From Girardia tigrina (lineage: Eukaryota), in contig MQRK01235592.1 of assembly GCA_001938485.1 (NCBI GenBank), forward strand, positions 30,270 through 82,179: a DNA stretch of 51,910 bases. The letters run 5' to 3'. Positions 11,268 to 22,800 of the stretch are shown here, piece by piece (positions within the stretch are counted from its first letter, which is position 1; each line of letters begins with the position of its first letter). The position numbers and the translations under genes were made by a program. Under the pieces are notes generated by a model. It saw nothing but the letters and a program-made list of their open reading frames with translations. It was not told where the DNA came from and made no database searches.

Positions 11268-12513
11268 TTGGGTTGGCCAAAAAGTCATTGAGTTTTTGAG
11301 TACGTCCTAATAAAAAGCTTGAAAATATAAAACGATGTGATAAAATTTAAATTCAATTATATATTCTGAAACCTTAATTTTCAGACTATGTTTATACATA
11401 ATATTAATTGATTCTGTTTTAATTTATTACTTTACCGTCAATTCGAAATGGAAAATCAAAATGAGCATATTCGTCATGTTTTGTTGCATTATTTTCGCAA
11501 AGGGTAAACCGCTGTGCAAGCTCATAAGAAGATATGTTTTGTATATTGTAGTGACTCCATAAAACTTCGACAGTGTCTATACGGGTTTTCTAAATTTCGT
11601 TCTGAAAAATTTCATCTGAAAGATGCACCACGCTCCGGTCGATCAGTTGAAGTTGATGGCGACAAAATAACAGCACTGATCAAATCTAATTCACATATGA
11701 CGACAAGAGAAGTTACAGAGACTCTGGAAATATCAAATTCAAGTGTTGGAAGTCATTTAAAGAAACTCGGATTCGTCAGTAAACTCGATATGTGGTTACC
11801 AAGTGAACTGAAAGAAATTCATTTGGTGAAACGTATAGACATTTGCGATTCCCTTTTGAAGCGAGAACAAAGTGATCCATTTTTGAAGCGCTTGATTACG
11901 GGTGACGAAAAATGGATTGTTTACAACAATGTGGAACGCCGAAGATCATGGAAAAAACGTGGTGAGCCTGCTAAAACGATCCCAAAAGCAGAAATTCACC
12001 AAAAGAAGGTTATGCTTTCCGTCTGGTGGGATTTTAAAGGAATTGTGTTTTTTGAACTCCTTCCGAGGAATGAAACCATCAATTCAGATAGATATTGTGG
12101 TCAGGTGGAGAAATTGGCTCATTCAATTCAACAGGAACAATTCAAAGGATATTCTTGATGAATTGGCAAATCGAAAAGGAGTTGTAATTCAGTATGATAA
12201 AGCAAGACCGCATACAAGTTTGACCACTCGCCAGAAACCCTTATCACTGGGTTGGGAGGTTTTGCCGTACCCACCGTATTCACCAGACTTGGCTCCATCG
12301 GATTTTTACTTATTTAGATCACTGCAGAATACCTTAAACAGAAAAAACATTCGTCAGTGATGAGGACATCAAATCGTTCCTAGACGGCTTTTTTCTGACA
12401 AAGGCAAAGGTTTTTATGAATCAGGAATAATGAAGCTACCGGAAAGGTGGAAGAAAGTGATTGAAAATAATGGACAGTATATCGTATAAAAATATTTGTG
12501 CATCCATGTCATT
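11268..12513 (+). mobile_element. mariner (DD34D, mellifera-like) with a disrupted transposase (ATG 11448 to stop 12489); right TIR lost in the gap
   Basis: TA|TTGGGTTGGCCAAAAAG TIR. Motifs MENQNEHIRHVLLHYFRKG*, ITGDEKW, QYDKARPH, YSPDLAPSD (34-aa spacing). Contains a premature stop and frameshifts. Confidence 0.95.
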
Positions 12514-12580
12514 NNNNNNNNNNNNNNNNNNNNNNNNNNNNNNNNNNNNNNNNNNNNNNNNNNNNNNNNNNNNNNNNNNN
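12514..12580. other. Assembly gap followed by (AT)n to 12617
   Basis: Run of N. Confidence 1.
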
Positions 12581-12618
<38 letters not shown>

Positions 12619-13953
12619 CAGGGGTGGCCATAAGTCGCTTTACCCAGTTTTAATAATAATAAACACAAAATTTTAAATGATACAACTTTTATTTAATCAG
12701 CGTACAATAATAATTTCTAAACAAAAACTTGAAAACAATTAAATCTTATCTTCAAAGTGTTGTCCTTCAGATTTAATACACAACTGGATTCTTCTCTGAA
12801 CAGAGTGACAGATTCGTCGGCACAAGTCTTTATCGTTGTACAAGGCAGCAAATTCTGTAGTAATTCTTTCCTTCAACTCGGATATGGTTAGAACATTTTG
12901 TGAGTAAACGCGTTCCTTCAGGATACCCCACATTGAATAATCACAGGCTGTCAGGTCCGGTGATCGTGGAGGCCATTCAGTGGTTCCTCTCCTGTCGATC
13001 TACATCTCAAAAGTGTTATCCAAAAAGTTGCGTACATTTCTACCATAATGAGGGGGAGCACCGTTTTGCATCCAAACGTCGTTATCATGTCAAGCTGAGG
13101 TACGGCAAAATCACGCAGCATGTCGAGATATAGCTGAGAAATGACCATTCCATCAAAGAAGTATGGACCCAGCACACCAGTTGAACGTATTCCTCCCCAC
13201 ACACAAATTCCTGGAGAAAGATTGTTAGTATCCCATACCAGATGAGGATTCTCAATGGAGTAGTACACGGCATTATGCAAATTAACGTGACCATTCAACT
13301 TAAATGAAGCTTCGTCGGTCCAAATTATTCTGTCCCTGATGTCAATGTTCTCATAGAGTTGTTACTGTAACCATTCGCAAAATTCTATGCGCCTGTCATA
13401 ATCGTCATCATTCATTTGATGGAGCAAACGAGGTCGCCAAACTTTCAACTCAATGTCCTTCATTATTCTACGTAAACTTGTGCGTGGTATATGCAACTGC
13501 AAACTTGCACGAACTGCAGATGTTGATGGCGCATTCTGATAGAAAGTTCTAAATTTTTCTTTATTTTTATCGGTATTCATATTGTTAGGGCGCCCACTTC
13601 TTTTCTTTTCGGTTACAAAACCGGTCTCGTGAAACTTTTTAGCCAAAACATGCATTGATTGTCGTGATAGAGGAGTGTCATTAGGATACTCTTTTGCAAA
13701 TGCTGCAGCTACAGCTCTTGAATTTCTATCATGCTTTATCCACTGCTTTACTATAAAAATTCATTGCTGAAGTGTTAATTGTCGTGCCATGCCAATATTG
13801 CCAACAACAATGAACAAAATGAAGTAATTTTAAAAAATTTTAAATAAATAATTATTAAAACAAAAAATTTTATCTGGTTTTTGTTTATAAATCATTTAGA
13901 ATTTTGTGTTTATTATTATTAAAACTGGGTAAAACGACTTATGGCCACCCCTG
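12619..13953 (-). mobile_element. Full-length rosa (DD41D-like) Tc1/mariner element, transposase pseudogene (ATG 13790 to stop 12739)
   Basis: ~60-bp TIRs CAGGGGTGGCCATAAGTCG... at both ends in a TA context. Motifs WTDEASFKLNGHVN, GPYFF, GAPPH, WPPRSPDLTACD, WGILKERVY. Contains stops and frameshifts. Confidence 0.92.
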
Positions 13954-14314
13954 TATATATATAATATATTTATTCATTTACTCTAAGATAGGTTTGATGT
14001 CTCAAAAAATAATAAAAACCACACAGAAATACATCTTCAAATTAAGCAGATTTCGGTCACAACGAATAGTGAGTAACTCACAAAGAATAAAACATCAGGT
14101 CCCAATCAATCCGCTTTTAGTGGAGGATTCTACACTGTATTTTCTAATTTATTGACACATAACACTAAAAAATAATAATTAATTTACTATTCATTTACAA
14201 AAAAAACATTTAAATAATTGTCATGAATTCTAGGAATTAATTTTAATAAAAACTATTTATTCTAGTTGTACAAAAGGAATTGTTTAATTGCAAGATCAAA
14301 CAAACAAATCTCAA

Positions 14315-14320
14315 TTTATT
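14315..14320 (-). promoter_or_regulatory. Candidate polyadenylation signal of the sideroflexin gene
   Basis: AATAAA on the minus strand ~46 nt after the stop codon. Confidence 0.3.
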
Positions 14321-14365
14321 CCAAAATTATTTTTGAAATAAGCTTCCCATAAAACCAAGTCACGG

Positions 14366-14516
14366 CTACAATCCTTTGTTGAAGTAAACTCTCTCTGGGA
14401 TTTGGCCTTTGGAATTCTCCTTAATATGATTCTGTAATTCAGGCTCCAATTTCGAAAATGAAATCGAGCTTTGCTGAGGAAACAGGGCACATCCTAATGG
14501 AGTAGCGAATGTTAAC
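14366..14516 (-). CDS. SFXN: Sideroflexin exon 7 (last)
   Basis: TTAG acceptor; [14 protein letters not shown]...LEPELQ...VYFNKGL*. Confidence 0.95.
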
Positions 14517-16841
14517 CTAATAATTAATGTCACTCATGATTATTTATTAAAATAAATTATTTTACATAAATCCACAGAGGAACATTTGAAGAGGCAAACC
14601 AATCCAAGGACGTTTCGTTAGGATGCCTTTTTTCTCCAAAATATTCATGATAACTGGTGGAATGGCTACGAGAATATGAAAGTTCAATACGAAATATTAA
14701 TATACATTTGTACTCGAACTCAAACAGAAAATAATGTATATTTATTATTTTTCACTTCAAAAAATCAGCTTAGTAATTTTTATTTATATATAATTTTATT
14801 CTCTTTCAAAAAGGATATGTTTAAAATAAACTTCAATTAAACATTTCAATATTTTAAATAAATAATACAAATAGCATTACCTAGATATTCACTTAAATTA
14901 ATAACTATTTTCAAGTCAAACAATTTAATAACATATTCAAGTAAGTTAAAGCAAAAACTGATTGTTATTTCCAGATATAATTAATGTCTATGTATTAAAA
15001 TATTAAACAAAAATTGATAATAAGTATTGATGATTGATTTGTCAACGACGGGACCTGAACAACGGGACAGATCAAACCTCAAATAATTACGTTCAACCTA
15101 TTTCATCCCGGTTGAAGTCCCGGTTTAACCAGTCATTGGGTCGACCGTTCCGTTTGTGAAACGTCATCGTTCACGGCACGCTCGGGCGGTACTTTTAAAG
15201 CAATAATTTTTATGGTAATTGTTTTATTAATTTGAATTAAAAGGTATTTGATCTCATAATAGTTTATTTAATACAGTTAAACAAAATTTTTCATTTAACA
15301 ATATTTTAATATGTTTAATTTTTGACCAAATAAATCAAAATAAAAACAAAGCTGTGAGGAATGTTTTGAATTGTGTGTTAATATTGTGCATGTTGTATGT
15401 TGATTCGGATTGTGTCTCTCCTGCACAGATGAATGATTGATATTTTCTTTGATTCTTACTAATTAAAAAATAATTTAATTTTAAAGTAAAAAGATTTTAA
15501 ATAATTTTTGAATGTATTATTTATTTTTTAATGTAATTTAAAATTTTAATATATTAATTTAATATGTTCTTTTTTTAAAAAAGGTTTAGATTTAATTTCA
15601 ACCAATTAAATTCTTTATAATTAATAATTTTTATTAACAGATTTTCATTTATTGAAAATAATTAGCTTGAACTCAGAAATATATTGATCAAGAGAGATGT
15701 CAAATAGTGAATGCGCTTGTGGAATTAATAAATGTTGTAAACCTCATATTGATGTTATTAATAAAAGCCTTGACAATAAACATGCCGAATATGAAGGTTT
15801 GAAAAAATCTTATGAGAAAGCAATATATATAGTGATTAAGTGAATGTACAGTTAGATATGACTTTAACAATAAAACTATAAATGGAAAAAAATTTCTATA
15901 CAGTGTTACAATCAGATTAAAGATTAAAATTTTAATATTATTTTGAATTGCAAAGGAAATGTTATGGTACACAACAATAAGAATTTATATAAATAAAAAA
16001 TAAAATCAATATATACAAAGCATAAAAATAAGACTACTAGTTTCGAGATAAAAATCCTATCATCACGTCAATTAATACCAATGAATCATTGTAAAAAAAG
16101 AATTTAGTTCATAATTCATAAAAAATACATTAAAAGCGATTAATTCCATTCTCGCAAACCAATTATTGGCATATTGAGAATGTTTCATTTTCTTTTTCTT
16201 ATAATATTAATGCATTTTAAATCTAATTTTTAATTGAAAAAAACTCATTTTAAAATAAAAAACCTCAATTTAAAATGAAAAACAACTTAATACTACATAC
16301 AGCGATGTACATAACATTTAAAATATTCGTAACAGCTTATTTTAAATTTATTGTATTTTAGAATAATAAACTTTGGTCTTTTGGGATTCGGTCTTTTGTG
16401 TTTTGGCCATTTAACACAAACCCAGGAAAGAATAAATACATTAATCATTGTATATATTTCTGGTATTTATTTATATGAATCATAGATCATTTTTGTTTAT
16501 GTTCAATATAAATTTCCATTTAAAATAACCTAAGATACTATATATATATATATATATATGTAACATTTAGACTTAATGGCAATTTATTTGTAAAGAAAAT
16601 GAGGAACAAACGCTATTTTAAAAGTTTTTTATTTTGCAAAACATGTTTCGCCATTACGGCATCTCATTTTTGCATTTAAGCAAAAAATCTAAATCCAAGT
16701 TTTTCTTCTAGTGCACAAATATAAGAAATTATATTGCCAATTTGAGAAGAAAAACATGGATTTAGATTTTTTGCATAAATGCAAAAATGAGATGCCGTAA
16801 TAGCGAAACATGTTTCGCAAAATAAAAACTTTTAAAATGGC

Positions 16842-16881
<40 letters not shown>

Positions 16882-19800
16882 TTCAATTGTTAAATCGCAT
16901 ATCCCATTTAAAATTTTCTAAGAGGACGTTTGAAGGATAGCATATACACAAACCAATAAATAGATCACAAAAGCTAGTAAATCAAAAAATTAAATTTTTA
17001 TATTTATTCTTTATGCAGACAGAACTCTACTTTGTCAACAAAGTTTTAATTAAAAAAAATAACCTCAAAAAACAATAAAAAATTAATATAAACTACTTAT
17101 AATTTATAAGTAGATATTTTCATATTAATATTAATATATTTTCGTTTTTTTTCCCATTTTGGGACCTTAGAAATTTCTTTGATCAAAAAAACTTTCTAAG
17201 GTCCCAGAATAGGAAAAAGACGACCAAATCGGTGTTCCCAAACAATATTATTATGTAAAGATCTACTTATAAATTATAAATAGTTTATATTACGCAAAAA
17301 AAGTAAAGATAAAAAAGTAAATGTAATAGTAATTTTTCCTTCTACAAAAGATAATAAAAAAATTCTCTTGGTCAAGTAGAGTTCGGCCAGAATAAAGAAT
17401 GGATATATTTTTTTTGATTTACTAGTTTCTCTTTACTTGTATTACATTTATATATTCTTTACTATCATAAAGATAAGAAATACATTAGAAACTAAACTAC
17501 ATATACACCACACACAATTAAATGCATTAACTAAGATAAATTAAAAAATTTCTTTAAGTTATTAATAAAATTAAAAAAAAGTAATTTAACAAAGTAATAA
17601 TTATATTAAAAAAATATTCTTACTCATTCCGGGTATGGCCATAAATATTCGAGAGGATGTTACTTGGACAATTGCTTTTTTCGCGGCTTTCGAAGAGTTT
17701 CCAAGATGGTTTCCATTTTCATCAGTCACTGAAATACCAGTACTGATCTCATAAGATCTCATACAAGGTATGTTGACACAATTAGCTGCTGCCACAGCCA
17801 CAAATGGTACAAGACGTCCAAATAAAGGAGGTAGATTCTATAATTGTAGAAATAATGCCTGATATTTTAATGTTATTCTTTATGAATATAATTGAAGAAT
17901 TAATACACCAGTTTTCTTCTTGATAGGACATTATGCCACTTAAATAGGGCATTCTTTACATAAGAGTTAAAAAACTATCCATATAAATACTAACTGACCG
18001 ATGAAATTCAACCTTTTTTCAATTTGATATAACATATTTTCATTTTAAAAGGGTATTAATATATAAAAAATAAATATGCATGCAAAAACACACATATGCA
18101 AATCAAAAACACACATACACAAACCACAAACACACCAAAAAATTCTATTATACATTATAAAATTGTATTATAAATTTATTATAAATTATTGGTTATTATT
18201 TTAATAGGATTATTCAAAAATAAGACAAACTTCTTTAACAATAAAACAATTTAATAATTTGATCTACAAATTATTAAATACTTAAAAGAGTTCATTTTAA
18301 TGAGATGCTTTTGGTTTGGATTGACCAATAGTTTACACTTGGCTTTGAGCATCAAACAATCAAGGAATGTGGTCCTAAAGAGGACCGATATTCTTTCTGG
18401 TAATACCTAATCTGTTTTTCTGGAAACCCTAAACCATGAATTGACTTGAGGCATCCAAACTCGCTTTTAATTTATTCAACCACATGTTTTGTGAATTTTA
18501 TGGAATTTGAATTATACATATTAGATCTGATTAAATTTTGTAATAAATTCCAGAGATGGACCCAAAATATACAGTATAATACATACTTCTATAAAATTCA
18601 AAATGATCAATAATTCAATTTATGTGTTTCGGACTGTTGTTTTAAAAACAAATAGAAACCAATATTTCATTTTTATTCTCAATAAATAATTAATAAATAA
18701 TCAATAAATAATGAATTAATAACATTTACTGCTACCTATCTTTTTTTCTGGTTAATCGAAAAGGCATCATTTTTCACCATGACGATGCTAGGCCCCATGT
18801 CGCTTAACAGACACTGCAAAAACTAAGGGAGCTAAAATGGGAAATCCTCACGTATTTCGCATACTCCTCTGGCCTTTGGATTTTCATTTATTTTCGTTCT
18901 ATTCAAAATAATTTGAATGGCAAGCAAATTTTTTCTACGGATGAAGTCAAAAACAATCTTAAGACTTTGAAGATAAACGACCTAGTTTCTACCAAGATGG
19001 AATTCAAAAACGTGTGGAACGTTGAGGAACAGTTAAAGAAAATTTCGGGTAGTACATTAATGATTAATAAAAATACTTTTTTTGTTTTGTTCAATTTATT
19101 TGAAATCGTGTATGAAATTTTGCACGTACCTAGTAATAAACGACCCAACGAGGACCATCTTGTCTATAATGCCATATTTTTGTTTGTTTTTTTTATAGTT
19201 AAACCGTTTTCGAATACCTGGATCATAATTTGATCTAATATGTTCTGTAAATTAAGAATAATTATAATGACATTATAATGAGAGAATAACTCCATTTAGT
19301 CATAACTGTTCTTAAATAAATAAGGAAATTGTTGAAAACCGTTACTCTAAAGGAGCAGTTCTCAACCTGTGGGTTGCGACCCCGTCGAGGGTCGAATGAA
19401 AATTTTCCAGGGGTCGCCCAAGACCATTGAAAAAATGTGTTTTTTGTTTGTATTCTAATCTGTCAAACGTATAACTTGTTATTGAAAAAACATTTTCCGT
19501 TGATAGTTACTAGTTTTTTTTACTATAATATCCTAGATATCATTTCTATGTCATCTATGTAGATTCTACATAGTTTATAACAGTTTTGAGTAGGAATAGT
19601 ATGGTTACAGTTGGGGGTCGCACAACATTGGGAATTGTATTTAAAGGATCGAGGTTATAAATGTTGAGAACCGCTGCTCTAGACAAATATAAATTTTGTG
19701 AGCTAAATAAAACAAAGTCATGTCAAATAATATTAAGTATTATACAGTAATCCCTCGCTACTTCGCGGCCTCGCTGTTTTGCGGATTTTAAATAAATACA

Positions 19801-22800
19801 TCTTTTTTCAAAAATGTATAGTAAATAATAAAAAAAATTAATCAATTAAAATTTTATAATTCGATTAATAAAATTAATATGCATATTTACTAGCATATTT
19901 ACTTTAACCTCTTTGAAGCCACCCAAACGTGTCGCAACTTCTACGATTTCCGGCAGCGATCCTAAGCGTAAGCGAAGAATGCTTACGATAAAAGAGAAAA
20001 TCAAACTTCTCGATTTGCTGAAGGAAGGGAAATCGTATGCTGAAGTTGGTCGCTGTTACGGGATTAACGAATCAACGGTTCGTTATATTAAGAAGGAAGA
20101 GATTAATATCAGATATTTAACAATAATTACTTTCAATACGACAGCGAAAAGGGTGCTTACTCCTCGTAATAAGTTGATCGTAAAAATGGAAGCTGCATAA
20201 GCCTTGTGGATTCAGGATTGTAATAAGAAAATTATTACCTTAAATACGAACACTATAATGAATAAGACTAAACAACTTTACGATGGCTTAGCAGAAAAAA
20301 TGAAGAACCAAAGTGTCGATGAAACACAACCATCGACATCAACTGGTTCTTCCACAAAATCAAATAAGTTCATTGCCAACAAGGGCTGGTTTCATAAATT
20401 TCGGCATCGCTATGGACTTAAAAGCGTTTGTCTACGTGGAGAGGCTGGTTCTGCGGATAATGCCAAATCAAAAATCCTAGAGCCTTAAAGAACAAAAATA
20501 AGAATATGTTGCCTGTGCATTCGATGCATAATCCTAAGGCGTGGATCACAAAAACTCACACGAAGGACTGGTTTCATCAGGCCTTTATTCCCGAAGTTAG
20601 AGTTTATCTGGAAGAGAAAGGTTTCGATTTTAAATTGCTTCTGTTAATGTACAATGCTGGAGATCATTCTGCCAACATAACGTATGATGAGGCCAGGGTA
20701 GAATTCTTACCGCCAAACACCATTTCATTGATTCAACCGATGAATGAAGTCGTTATTCGTACTTTTAAGGCGCTTTACACAAGATATTATTTACAAAGAC
20801 TTATTGAAGAAATGCACATGCATGAAGAATTCTCTTTAAAAGTGTACTGGCGTGACTACACCACTACATCATGTCTGAAAAATATTCAGAATGCCATAAA
20901 TGATTTGAAAACCGAGACTTTGAATGCGTGCTGGAAAAAAATTGTGGCCAGAAGTGGTGCACGATTATAAGGGATTATCTCCCGATGAAATTCAACAATC
21001 TGCAATCGATAAAGCTGTGAGCCTGGCGAAAATACTCGATGGAGAGGGTTTTAGTGATATGACTACCAAAAATGTTAATGATCTGCTTGACATACACAGT
21101 CAACCATTGACGGACGAAGAACTGGAGGAGCTTACCAAATCTGCAAGTGAAGAGGAGGAGGAAGAAGAACAAGGGGGTGCGGAAGAGGAGGTGGTTGGCC
21201 TAACGCTTGAGCGTCTTGCAATCTTGCAGAGAAAGGCTCAAGAACTTCAGCAACTTGCTGAAGATTGGGATACGAATATGATTCGTTCATTACAGTTTAC
21301 AAATTCTATTGACAGCTGGATGTTAGACTACAAAACACTGATAATTCAGGCAAAGAAGCAATACAAACAACTCTCCATAACAATGTTTATTAGTCGCACA
21401 AGCAGAAGTAAAGTTTTGTATTCGTACTGTTTTTTTGTGATTTTTTATTGTGATTGTAATGTGAATAATATAATAATTTCGGACTATTTCTTTGTGATTT
21501 TTTTGTGATTGTAATGTATAAAAATATATAATTAAAATAAAATATATGATTAAAATAAATATAGCGCCCCAACTTCGTGGATTTTCACTTTCCACAGGTG
21601 ATTCTAGAACGCATTAATAGCGATAAGTGAGGGATTACTGTATATTATATAAATAAAAGATCTTGCTAATCAAAAATCAATAATTTTCGCAATTTTTACT
21701 AAATAATTTATATCATCAGAGACGATTGAATCACTGAAATAAATATTATTTGAGTCTTTATTAATTTTATTTTTTTTCTTAAAATGTTTTTGTTATTGTT
21801 TGAAATTTAATTTGAATTAAATTTTATTATATTATTAAATTTTGTATTATTAAAATTATTAAGATGATCTGTTAAGAGTTACAAATTAGCTCTCTACTAT
21901 TAATAATTAATTGAATTTGGTATTAAATTGACTGAATAATTATTGTCAATTAACAGAGACACAAATTTGTTGCTAACACTAATCACAAAATTATTGTTCA
22001 TAATTTCACTCTGTTTTATAAACAAATTCATTTTTATAATTGAAATTTATTTTAAATGTTTATCACAAATAATGTTTAAGAATTATAACACATTATCTAA
22101 TCACTATAAAAAGGTTTTGAATAAATCCATATAACACTTTTGTATTTTTAACATATTTATTATTTAATAATATATTTATTGTTATTATTATTTATCGGAA
22201 AGTCTAAGGCCATATTAAAATGATATTAATGAGTAACATACGAATTGTCTCTTTCACAGAATATTTGTGAGGCATTTTTCAAAAACGATAAAGGATTTCC
22301 ATTTACAATATTTTATTGTACCAGCAATGAGGAAAGATCCCCTTCCTTAATAAGTAACCATAATTCCTTTTTTTTCTTTTATCAACTATTAACACTTATA
22401 TTTTAAAGATAATTTCGTATTTTCACAAATTTCTCTTTTGGGAATCAAAAGGTTTTCGAATTGAAAGTTCAACATAATATATTTTTAAAAAGATTTTATT
22501 AATACCGTATTTTCCGGTGGATAACGCGCACCTATTGTATAACGCGCAGCTCTTACTTTTTGACATCCATTTTTATGTATAGATGACACGCATAGCAGGC
22601 ATGGTGGTATACCTAAGAAGTATACATCGTTATCACCATTACAGGATTCACAGTTCATATACTTTGACAAAATTTAACATTTTTGTATAGATAACGGTGC
22701 ACGTTATCTACCGGAAAATAAGGTAATTAAAGATTTAAACCAGTTAAACATTTTTATTGAATATTATAAGGAATCAAATCTCATATCCATAGTGGATACA

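Noticed and set aside
11514-12360. SETMAR or domesticated mariner gene
   Set aside because: No SET domain; premature stop, frameshifts and a TIR indicate a dead transposon.
19913-21508. Host TIGD1/JRK gene
   Set aside because: Bounded by TIRs with TA TSD and broken by stops, frameshifts and a deletion.
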